DNA of 32,000 bases from Pyrobaculum calidifontis JCM 11548 (GTDB taxonomy: Archaea; Thermoproteota; Thermoprotei; Thermoproteales; Thermoproteaceae). A model generated the notes under the pieces. That model worked only from the letters and a program-made list of their open reading frames with translations. It was not told the DNA's origin and searched no databases. The translations under genes and the position numbers were made by a program. Positions 22,284 through 29,060 of this stretch are shown piece by piece. Positions within the stretch are counted from its first letter, which is position 1. Each line of letters begins with the position of its first letter. Location: assembly GCF_000015805.1 (NCBI RefSeq), contig NC_009073.1:930001-962000 (forward strand). The letters run 5' to 3'.

Positions 22284-22300
22284 CCTGCGCGTATGTACAT

Positions 22301-22615
22301 GCGGCGGGGGGCTGCGCGGCGCGCCGGCCGCGCTCCGCCGATGGGCGGACCCAGGCTTGGGGGCCCGAAACCGGGGCCGGGCGGCGCCTCCTGCGGCGTT
22401 CCGCCCAGGCTTACCGAGGAGCCCCGGTCCAGCGGGGCGCCAGTCCCCGGCTAGCTCGGCCGTAGGGCCGAGTCAAGCCGGGCATGCGGGGAACCGGCGG
22501 AGGTCCGGGAGGGAGCACGCCTAACCCGCAGCTGGCGCGTTCGCTGGGGCGCCGGGGGGAGAGACGCCGAGGCGGGCGCCGCCCGGGGGCGTCGTCGGTC
22601 CCGGGTCGCCGCCGC
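22301..22615 (+). ncRNA. ffs: Signal recognition particle RNA (7S/SRP RNA)
   Basis: This ~315-nt island is far more GC-rich than its surroundings and has no credible ORF. The 5' gcggcgg pairs with the 3' ccgccgc. It contains aggtccgggagggagcacgcc, matching the conserved helix-8 motif (AGGUCCGGAAGGAAGCAGCC). A T-rich tail, ttatttcc, follows. The ends are approximate. Confidence 0.8.
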
Positions 22616-22652
22616 TTATTTCCTGTAGCGTCAATAGGTGAAGGAAGCAGAG

Positions 22653-23621
22653 CTACAGAATTTCCGCCTTTTCTCCCAAGTGTATGTCTACTTCGAGCCT
22701 TACCCCGAAGGCGTGGGGGATGTAAATGCCGGGCTCGATGGTGAACACCATGCCTCTTTCTAGCACGTCTTGCGAGCTGGGGGATATGTCTGGCGCCTCG
22801 TGGATTTCGAGGCCGAGCCCGTGTCCGGTCCTGTGTATAAAGTAGGGGCCGTAGCCCGCCGCCTCTATGGTGGACCTAGCCGCCTTGTCTACTTCAGAGG
22901 CCCGCACTACTGGCGCAGCCGCCTTAATGGCCTTGGCCTGGGCCTTCTCCACGGTCTGGTACACCTCTAGGTACTTTCTGGGGGGCTCGCCGTAGAAGAA
23001 GGAGTTCGTCAAGTCGGCGTAGTACCCCTCGTAGGCGGCTGAGACGTCTATTACCACCGCGTCGCCGCGCCGTAGCTTCTTCTCCGTGGGCTCTTGGTGG
23101 GGGAGCGCTGTGTTGGAGCCGAATTGGACGAGGATGGGGCCGGGGCGTAGCCCCGCCTCGTATAGGGCGAGGTATATCCTCGCCGCAGTCTGCCTCTCTG
23201 TGGCGTCTTGGGCCAGCTCCAACGCGTCGAGGACTCTGCGTATGCGCCTCGCCGCCTCTCTAATCTTCGCCACCTCGTCTTCTTTCTTCACAGCTCTCCA
23301 CTTCTTGAACAGCTCATCCGCAAGTTTAAATGTGGCGCGTGGAAATGCGCGTTTGACCACCTCGAAGTGCAACAGCGTGGTGCCGCCGTCTATGTACACT
23401 TCGCCGCTGTCACAGGGAGAGGCGGCTGCCCTCAACGCCTCGGCGGGGTCCTCCCCGTCTCTATAGGAGAAGACATTACCCCTTACCCTCTCCGCATCTA
23501 GCGCTGGGACGACGTACGCCGTATAGTCGCCGCACTTTACCGCGGCCTTGAACCTCTCGTACGTCTCAAGCCAGACCCCCGACAGGTATGCAAAATTCAC
23601 AGTGGTAGTCGCGACGATCAT
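22653..23621 (-). CDS. M24 family Xaa-Pro dipeptidase / aminopeptidase (PepQ-like)
   Basis: 322 aa. Pita-bread fold motifs are present: GDAVVIDVSA.YEGYYADLT, HRTGHGLGLEIHE.P, GMVFTIEPGIY. The ATG overlaps the JAMM stop (ATGA). Confidence 0.85.
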   Translation of the reverse strand: MIVATTTVNFAYLSGVWLETYERFKAAVKCGDYTAYVVPALDAERVRGNVFSYRDGEDPAEALRAAASPCDSGEVYIDGGTTLLHFEVVKRAFPRATFKLADELFKKWRAVKKEDEVAKIREAARRIRRVLDALELAQDATERQTAARIYLALYEAGLRPGPILVQFGSNTALPHQEPTEKKLRRGDAVVIDVSAAYEGYYADLTNSFFYGEPPRKYLEVYQTVEKAQAKAIKAAAPVVRASEVDKAARSTIEAAGYGPYFIHRTGHGLGLEIHEAPDISPSSQDVLERGMVFTIEPGIYIPHAFGVRLEVDIHLGEKAEIL

Positions 23622-23992
23622 ATGTACTCAACGGGCACTAGCTCTACGCCGCTTTTGAGGATCCACGCGGCGGTCTCCCAAGTGTACACGTTGGCTATGA
23701 GCCACACGACGCGCCACACGGCCATGTACCTCACGTCCAAGGGGCTGGGATCCGGGGGCCCTGGATGCGTGTGAAAGATCGCCACGAGCTCTCTCCCCGC
23801 CCCCTCGGCCTCAGCCAAGGCCTTGTACATCTCCTCTGCGTCGAGCCTAAACGCCGCTGGGCTGTTTAACACATTGCGCATCCACCGCCAAGCCTCCACA
23901 ACGTCTCCTCTGCCGAACAGCAACGCGGCACATTCGGCCCCGGGGGTGCACCTCGCCATGGCCTCCTCTAGGAAGGCCCTTGGGATTTTCAC
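23618..23992 (-). CDS. JAB1/MPN/Mov34 (JAMM) metalloprotease
   Basis: It carries the FHTHPGPPDPSPLD motif (H-x-H-x7-S-x2-D) and an upstream E in GAECAALLFG. The start is re-called to GTG 23992 (124 aa), which forms a GTGA overlap with the stop of the upstream NikR-like gene. Confidence 0.8.
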   Translation of the reverse strand: MKIPRAFLEEAMARCTPGAECAALLFGRGDVVEAWRWMRNVLNSPAAFRLDAEEMYKALAEAEGAGRELVAIFHTHPGPPDPSPLDVRYMAVWRVVWLIANVYTWETAAWILKSGVELVPVEYI

Positions 23993-24357
23993 ACCAGCGG
24001 CACGTACCGCGCCGTGTGGCTCCTCTTGGACACCTCCATGGAGAGCCTCTCCACTTGAGGCCCATCGCCTCTCACCACGAAGATTGTTAGACACTTCCCT
24101 TCTACGTGGAGGTGGGTATACGCCAAGATGGCCTCCTTGTGCCTCTCCACCACGTCGCTTAAGTCGGAGAAGCTGTTGGACAACGCCATTAAGACGCCTA
24201 GGCATTGGTGAGACGGCTCTGCGTGTCCCCGCCTAGACTCTAAATAGGCCTGCACCGCGTTTGCCACGACCTCGCTACGCGTCACGCCGAGCTCTGCCGC
24301 TATGCTCTCAACGGCCTCGGCCACCTCCTTCGGCAGAGACACGCCAAAGCGTTTCAC
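23989..24357 (-). CDS. nikR: NikR-like transcriptional regulator (RHH/CopG N-domain plus ACT-like metal-binding C-domain)
   Basis: The start is re-called to GTG 24357 (VKRFGVSLPKEVAEAVESIAAELGVTRSEVVANAVQAYL, ribbon-helix-helix). The C-domain GVLMALSNSFSDLSDVVERHKEAILAYTHLHVEGKCLTIFVVRGDG aligns by eye with the NikR C-domain (H..H.H, C). 122 aa. Confidence 0.7.
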   Translation of the reverse strand: MKRFGVSLPKEVAEAVESIAAELGVTRSEVVANAVQAYLESRRGHAEPSHQCLGVLMALSNSFSDLSDVVERHKEAILAYTHLHVEGKCLTIFVVRGDGPQVERLSMEVSKRSHTARYVPLV

Positions 24358-24375
24358 ACATAGAGTGGGGTACAC

Positions 24376-24385
24376 GTATATATAC
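24376..24385. promoter_or_regulatory. Perfectly palindromic TATA element shared by divergent leaderless genes
   Basis: gtatatatac is its own reverse complement. Its centre is ~23 nt from minus start 24357 and ~24 nt from plus start 24404. Confidence 0.55.
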
Positions 24386-24403
24386 TCAACCCCTGGGCTC
24401 CAC

Positions 24404-24862
24404 GTGGCGTGTATAGGCGTCGTAGACACCACCTTCGCCCGCATCGACATGGGGTCGCTTGCGGTGGATGAGTTGCGCAACCTAATGCCCGACGCAGTAG
24501 TTAAGCGTCTCACCGTGCCCGGGATTAAGAACACGGTCTGGGGCGCCCTCAAGCTGATAAAAGAGGGGTGCGACGCGGTTATTGTGCTGGGCTGGGTGGG
24601 GCCCACTCAGACCGACAAGTACAGCTACTTGGCCACCTCTATAGGCCTTATGCAGTTGCAGATACAGACGGGCGTCTTGGTGCTAGACGTCACAGTTCAC
24701 GAGGACGAGGCAGGCGGCGACGAGAAGCGGCTGAGGGAAATAGCTGTGGATAGGACGAAGAAGCATGTGTGGAACCTATACCAGCTTCTGAGGGGCGACT
24801 TGTCCCCGTACGCCGGGAAGGGGCTTAGGCAGGGGTATCCACACGCAGGTGAAATTGTATAA
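24404..24862 (+). CDS. ribC: Riboflavin synthase, archaeal type
   Basis: 152 aa from GTG 24404. IGVVDTTFARIDMG, TVPGIK, VTVHEDEA and GKGLRQG match the archaeal riboflavin synthase family (M. jannaschii type: GIVDTTFARVDMA...VPGIKDLP...VHEDEA...AGKGLRQG). Confidence 0.85.
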   Translation: MACIGVVDTTFARIDMGSLAVDELRNLMPDAVVKRLTVPGIKNTVWGALKLIKEGCDAVIVLGWVGPTQTDKYSYLATSIGLMQLQIQTGVLVLDVTVHEDEAGGDEKRLREIAVDRTKKHVWNLYQLLRGDLSPYAGKGLRQGYPHAGEIV

Positions 24863-25022
24863 AGCGTATAAGAAACAAATTATATAAAGCGCCTAAGTAA
24901 AAGTAAAGGGAGTAGTCCGCTTACCATAGATTTATATATAATTATGCATAGTATATGTCTCGCAAGATTTTCATTTTTATATTTCTAGAGAAACCTATTT
25001 AAAGCTCCACGAGTTTTAGAAC

Positions 25023-25081
25023 GGCGGCTACGGCAACTGCGCACGCCCCCCACGCCCCGCCGCAGGTTGCCGTGGTCCGCC
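25023..25081 (+). ncRNA. Long GC-rich hairpin, candidate small RNA (strand uncertain)
   Basis: The stem has 19 bp: 25023-27/25077-81, 25028-29/25074-75, 25030-37/25066-73 and 25038-41/25061-64, with bulges at t25076 and g25065. The 19-nt loop is C-rich (cacgccccccacgccccgc). The plus-strand TATA ctatttaaag (24995-25004) lies ~23 nt upstream. The T-rich tract ttctcttt (25082-25089) follows. Confidence 0.35.
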
Positions 25082-25087
25082 TTCTCT

Positions 25088-25780
25088 TTACAGCAGTGCT
25101 GAGAGCGCTACCGCCAGCGCCCCGCTTAGAAATATGCCGTCAAAGACCCCGGCGCCTCCAATTGACACAAGCGGCGGCATATCCCTAAGCACTTTCCCCA
25201 TGTTCAACAGATCTGCCCCTATTATTGTCCCATATACGGCCGTTACGTACGTGGCCACGGGCCCTCCGCCAGCTATAAGCGCCGAGAGCACCGCGATGAG
25301 GGGAGGGGCAAACGCAGGCGTGACGACGCCCACCCCCCTCACCACTCTGCTCACTGCGTTGACCAAGAGGGAGGCCACGGCTATTGACGCCAGGAGAGCC
25401 GCGCTGGGAGCCTTGGCGAAGAGATATGTGGCAACGGCGAGTGGTATGACTGCGCCGCCCACGTTCACAGCGACGTATGACTTCTCCTCATGCACAGCCA
25501 CGCGGGGCACAGGAAAGGGTATTCCAAACACGACCACTGTGTCTACCACTGGGACGTAGTGGCGTCTAGACGCCGTGTACACGACGACGTTTATGGGGCT
25601 TGTGAGCAAGCTTAGAAACGTGATGGAGAGGGCCAGGACAACCGCCGCAATGGGATGGACGCCGACAGATGACAGCACTTTGGCGAAAGAGGCGGCGAAG
25701 AAGGGCATCATCAGCACGGCGAGTAGTGCGTAGAAGATGCCTAGCGGGCCGTAGAAAGGCAGTGCGATTACTATCTTCAT
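25088..25780 (-). CDS. Integral membrane protein (DUF1614-like)
   Basis: 230 aa and strongly hydrophobic. AVNVGGAVIPL resembles the DUF1614 signature. The ATG overlaps the upstream PhoU-like gene stop (ATGA). The family call is tentative. Confidence 0.55.
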   Translation of the reverse strand: MKIVIALPFYGPLGIFYALLAVLMMPFFAASFAKVLSSVGVHPIAAVVLALSITFLSLLTSPINVVVYTASRRHYVPVVDTVVVFGIPFPVPRVAVHEEKSYVAVNVGGAVIPLAVATYLFAKAPSAALLASIAVASLLVNAVSRVVRGVGVVTPAFAPPLIAVLSALIAGGGPVATYVTAVYGTIIGADLLNMGKVLRDMPPLVSIGGAGVFDGIFLSGALAVALSALL

Positions 25781-26670
25781 TTTCTAACGGCTTTTGAATA
25801 CGCCGCCTCGGCGATGTCGGCGGCGAATCCCACTACGGAGGCGGCCTCGTGCATGACGGGAGTGGCCTCGGGGCACGTCAGCTTCACAGTCTCCTTCTCC
25901 AACGCGGCCCGCCGTAGCAACACGCCTAGGGCCTTCTCTGCGTCTGTGGCGTAAAAGGCGTCGAAGGCGTCTTGCAGATATTTGTGAACCTTTTTGAATA
26001 TGTCTAAGACTTCTTCGACGCATCCAACGCCGTTTTTTAGGTAGTAGTTCGTGGCCCGGTCTATGGCGTCTCCCACGTGTTCCAAGTTTTTGACTACTAT
26101 TACGTAGTCTACGTAGTGTTCCGGCCTCTGGATTATGTTCTTCTTTATTGTCCTCAGCGAGAAGAAGTAAAGCTTGTCTAACTGGTCGTCCAACTTCAAG
26201 ATCTCCTCGGCGATTCCCTTCTCGCCTTTGCTCAACATCTGTATAAATAGGGTGAACATGGCGTCTACAGTGGTGTACATGCTGCGGATGGCCTCGTCTA
26301 TGTCCACGTCCTCCCGCGTGACGATCTTCAGCTTTAACACGCCGCCCACCTCCATGAGGACGACTCCTGGGAGCTTCCCCTCCACCTTTGTCACAACGGA
26401 GGAGACCTGCCTCGTGGCTATCTCCACCTCCTCTACCCCCTCTATGTAGTATGCGATTATGTCTCTCACGAGCTTTTCTACGTCGTCTCCCGTCAGCTTG
26501 ATGCGTTTAGCGCCTTTGTCCTCCGTTGCTGGTAAGATAGTAATCTTGTCCTTGTCTATGAACACTCTCAGGGGGGATCCCACGCCTAGCCCATGCGCCT
26601 CGGCCCACTCCTTTGGAATAGTTATGCCGAGCGACCTCTCTCCAACCCTGATCAACCTCCGGAGCTCCAC
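25777..26670 (-). CDS. AbrB/SpoVT-domain plus PhoU-domain regulator (phosphate uptake regulator-like)
   Basis: 297 aa. The N-terminus RVGERSLGITIPKEWAEAHGLGVGSPLRV is an AbrB swapped hairpin. Two helical PhoU-like repeats follow (D..I..M...V..M; DA...Y). GTG start. Confidence 0.75.
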   Translation of the reverse strand: MELRRLIRVGERSLGITIPKEWAEAHGLGVGSPLRVFIDKDKITILPATEDKGAKRIKLTGDDVEKLVRDIIAYYIEGVEEVEIATRQVSSVVTKVEGKLPGVVLMEVGGVLKLKIVTREDVDIDEAIRSMYTTVDAMFTLFIQMLSKGEKGIAEEILKLDDQLDKLYFFSLRTIKKNIIQRPEHYVDYVIVVKNLEHVGDAIDRATNYYLKNGVGCVEEVLDIFKKVHKYLQDAFDAFYATDAEKALGVLLRRAALEKETVKLTCPEATPVMHEAASVVGFAADIAEAAYSKAVRK

Positions 26671-26684
26671 GTTATACCCTAGGT

Positions 26685-26698
26685 GTAATATATATTAC
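26685..26698 (-). promoter_or_regulatory. 14-nt palindromic TATA element upstream of the PhoU-like gene
   Basis: gtaatatatattac is its own reverse complement. Its centre is ~22 nt upstream of GTG 26670. Confidence 0.5.
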
Positions 26699-26702
26699 TG
26701 TA

Positions 26703-26751
26703 TCAGACTGGGACGGCTTTGTCACCAATCGACATCGGATGTGGTCATCAC
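26703..26751 (-). ncRNA. Candidate C/D box sRNA (sR-4) overlapping the HAD gene stop codon
   Basis: Read on the minus strand. C box GTGATGA at 26751-26745 contains the HAD stop TGA (26750-26748). A 12-nt spacer ccacatccgatg follows. D' TCGA at 26732-26729, then the 3-nt loop ttg. C' GTGAcaa at 26725-26719, then a 12-nt spacer agccgtcccagt. D box CTGA at 26706-26703. This is the cleanest fit to the consensus architecture in the window. Confidence 0.6.
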
Positions 26752-27386
26752 CTGGCAGTATCTAGGAGCGCCTTTAAAAACTTAGCAAGGGGGTAGAGCG
26801 TCTCGGCGCGAATCACTGCCTTGGCGGCCCTGGCCACTTCCTCGTTCACTGGGTTGAATGCGATGGAGTAGCCGGCCTTCTTAAACATGGGCAAGTCAGC
26901 CTCGCCGTCGCCCACGGCCACGGCCTCCTCCCACCTAAGCCCAAGCAGATCCAATATAGCCTCGGCTATCTCCGCCTTGTTTCTGTCGCTCACAGAGACA
27001 GCCACTGTGGCCACCTCTCCGTCTTTGTATATGAGGTCGTTTACCACGTAGAAGTGGAAGCAGTGCGAGACAGCCCTTGTGTAGCCGACCCCGGCCGATA
27101 TGGCTACGGCATATACGCCCGCTTCTTTCAACGTATTACATAAGGTGTCTAAGCCGCGGGTGGTCTGGAAGCGGGCTTCTACAAACCTCCGCGGGGCGCC
27201 GCGCCAGAGCAGTACGTCTAAGAGTGCCCACTCGTAGTAGTCGATTAGGCCGAGTTTGTACAACTTCCTGTTCAACCCTGCGTCCACTCCAAATACCGCG
27301 TGTAGCCTCTGCCAGGCAGAGGTAAACGGGGTCACGACGCCGTCGACGTCTAATATTACCGCCTTATAGGCAGGGGCGCTGGGCAT
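26748..27386 (-). CDS. HAD superfamily hydrolase (phosphoserine phosphatase-like)
   Basis: 212 aa. It has motif I ILDVDGVV and motif IV GDGEADLPMFKKAGYSIAFNP. The ATG abuts the ferredoxin stop with no spacer. Confidence 0.75.
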   Translation of the reverse strand: MPSAPAYKAVILDVDGVVTPFTSAWQRLHAVFGVDAGLNRKLYKLGLIDYYEWALLDVLLWRGAPRRFVEARFQTTRGLDTLCNTLKEAGVYAVAISAGVGYTRAVSHCFHFYVVNDLIYKDGEVATVAVSVSDRNKAEIAEAILDLLGLRWEEAVAVGDGEADLPMFKKAGYSIAFNPVNEEVARAAKAVIRAETLYPLAKFLKALLDTAR

Positions 27387-27623
27387 CTACTCCCGGTACA
27401 CCTTAATTGCCCTAGAGGGGCAGTGCCTCTCAGCCTCTTTAACTTGCTCGTACAACTCGTCTGGCACCACGCCCTCTGAGACGCCGTTGACGGCGTACTC
27501 GGGCGAAATAACCGGCTTTCCCCCCTCCCCTGGGATAAACACTGTCGCCGCATAGAAGAAACAGAAGTGGGCAACTACACACCTCTCTCTATCAATCTTG
27601 ACTCGCACAGGCACAAGGCCCAC
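27387..27623 (-). CDS. Small ferredoxin-like protein (CxxAxxC...CP, 3-Cys cluster site)
   Basis: VKIDRERCVVAHFC...HCPSRAI resembles single-cluster ferredoxins, with the second ligand position replaced by Ala (as in 3Fe-4S types). The TATA gataaatag (27633-27641, minus sense) is only 14 nt from the track start. The true start is more likely GTG 27614 or 27608. Confidence 0.55.
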   Translation of the reverse strand: MGLVPVRVKIDRERCVVAHFCFFYAATVFIPGEGGKPVISPEYAVNGVSEGVVPDELYEQVKEAERHCPSRAIKVYRE

Positions 27624-27702
27624 GCGTCTCCCCTATTTATCTCTTCATCACGCAACTGTGGAGGCTCCGAGCCCTGCAGGTAACGGGAAGCTCTTCCAGG
27701 AC

Positions 27703-28182
27703 CTAGGTCGGCGAAGTGGTTGACAGCCCCAGGCTTTTCATAACGGCGGACACAACGTCGTCTACGTCGTGGGGTTTCACGATTCTACACGGTTTGCCGC
27801 CGCAGAGGGCGCCCTCGTATTCTAACAGCGCTCTCTTCACCTCTACGCCGCCGCCTGAGTAGCCCCCGAGCCCGCCGTTGTTGTACACTACTCTGTGGCA
27901 GGGGAGGAGGACTGGGTAGGGGTTTGACGCCATGAGGCGGCCCACCTGCCTGGGGCTTACGCCAACGGCCTCGGCGTATAGGCTGTAGGTGGTCACGGCC
28001 CCCCTCGGCACGCTTAGCAGGTACAAGAGCCTCTTGTCCGCCTTCTCGATTGGCACGGCGTTGACAAGTCTCTCCAGAGTTGTCCAGCTGGTACACCGCG
28101 GATTTACGTACAGTCTCTCACCGTCGAATCCAACGGCTACGGGTCCGTAGGAGGCGCAGAGCACGTAAAAATTTCTGCCCAT
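27703..28182 (-). CDS. ogt: Methylated-DNA--protein-cysteine methyltransferase (Ogt/MGMT)
   Basis: 159 aa. It has the active-site motif LPCHRVV and a preceding HTH (TYSLYAEAVGVSPRQVGRLMASNP). The start is either ATG 28182 or GTG 28164. Confidence 0.9.
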   Translation of the reverse strand: MGRNFYVLCASYGPVAVGFDGERLYVNPRCTSWTTLERLVNAVPIEKADKRLLYLLSVPRGAVTTYSLYAEAVGVSPRQVGRLMASNPYPVLLPCHRVVYNNGGLGGYSGGGVEVKRALLEYEGALCGGKPCRIVKPHDVDDVVSAVMKSLGLSTTSPT

Positions 28183-28190
28183 TCTAAAAA

Positions 28191-28463
28191 GTGCCGCGCG
28201 TAAAACTGGCCGGAGTCCTCGTGGCGCTTGCGGGGGGCAGATCTGAGTTCGAGGTAGAGGGGGCCACTGTGAGAGAGGTCTTGGAAAATTTGGCGTCAGT
28301 GTCTAAGAGACTGTATGAGCGTGTGGTGGAACCTGGGGGCAGACTGCGGCCCGATATATACATCGCCGTGAATGACGTGGACATTAGGCTCTTGTCAGGG
28401 CTTGCGACCAGGGTTGAAAAAGACGACGTTGTGCTTATCCTGGCGTATATACACCCGGGCTAG
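28191..28463 (+). CDS. MoaD/ThiS-family beta-grasp protein ending in Pro-Gly instead of Gly-Gly
   Basis: 90 aa. The pattern VKLAG.L....G..EFEVEGATVREVLENL...LYERVV...LRPDIYIAVNDVDIRLLSGLATRVEKDDVVLIL resembles archaeal MoaD-family proteins. The C-terminus reads ...AYIHPG-stop (ata cac ccg ggc tag). Confidence 0.6.
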   Translation: MPRVKLAGVLVALAGGRSEFEVEGATVREVLENLASVSKRLYERVVEPGGRLRPDIYIAVNDVDIRLLSGLATRVEKDDVVLILAYIHPG

Positions 28464-28960
28464 TCTCTCTTCTTTTTTCTATTGTCGACAACTACGGCGG
28501 GGATTTTCTGCGTAGCTTTCTCATCTGCGGCCGCCTCGGGGCTTGCAATTACGACCTCTTGTCTGTAGTAGACCAGGCCCTTTGGCCACTCCTCCTTTGC
28601 GAAGATGGCCCTCAGCAGTAGAGTGGAGCCGAAGAAGAGGAACGTGGCCATGCCCGTCAAGACGGCGCTCCACACAGTGGCGTACTCCAGGTACGCCTCC
28701 AGCGGCGAGAAGGGTATTATCAGTCTCATGTTGAGCACCTCTCTTATCGCCCATATGCCGTTTATCACAAACCACACGAGAATTCCTGCGAGGCCCCACC
28801 TTATGAAGAAGTCACCCACCCACCCGGACAGAGGCCTCCTGGGGGGTAGCGAGGCTATAAACGCGAGGGCCAGCGCAATTATCATGAACCACACCCAGCC
28901 GCCGAAGACGGGGTGGCTGAGGTAGCGGCTCGTCTCATTTATAAGATCTCCTATGTTCAT
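28460..28960 (-). CDS. Membrane protein, unknown function
   Basis: The start is re-called to ATG 28960 (MNIGDLINETSRYLSHPVFGGWVWFMII..., 166 aa, about 4 TM, Lys/Arg tail). The TATA gcttatattcc lies ~25 nt upstream. The track N-terminus overlaps the dcd promoter and start. Confidence 0.5.
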   Translation of the reverse strand: MNIGDLINETSRYLSHPVFGGWVWFMIIALALAFIASLPPRRPLSGWVGDFFIRWGLAGILVWFVINGIWAIREVLNMRLIIPFSPLEAYLEYATVWSAVLTGMATFLFFGSTLLLRAIFAKEEWPKGLVYYRQEVVIASPEAAADEKATQKIPAVVVDNRKKKRD

Positions 28961-29060
28961 TGCACATTTCGCGGCGCCGGAATATAAGCCTAATGCGCAG
29001 GATGTGCAAGTATACTTACATAACGCGGCGTCTCTTAAAAACGTGGTGGCGCATGAGTTT

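Noticed and set aside
22484-22744. 86-aa ORF rich in Gly/Arg/Pro.
   Set aside because: It falls inside the GC-rich SRP RNA gene. Its composition simply reflects the GC-rich structured RNA.
24863-25022. The AT-rich spacer as a chromosomal replication origin.
   Set aside because: No orc1/cdc6 or other initiator gene is adjacent, and I could not recognise ORB/mini-ORB-type inverted repeats. It is kept only as an alternative explanation under the AT-rich spacer finding.
27624-27660. Minus-strand GTGATGA (27653-27647) followed by 12 nt and GGGA, resembling the first half of a C/D box sRNA between ogt and the ferredoxin gene.
   Set aside because: No acceptable C' (RUGA) or D (CUGA) box follows at the right spacing. 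The putative guide, agagataaatag, is better explained as the ferredoxin TATA box.
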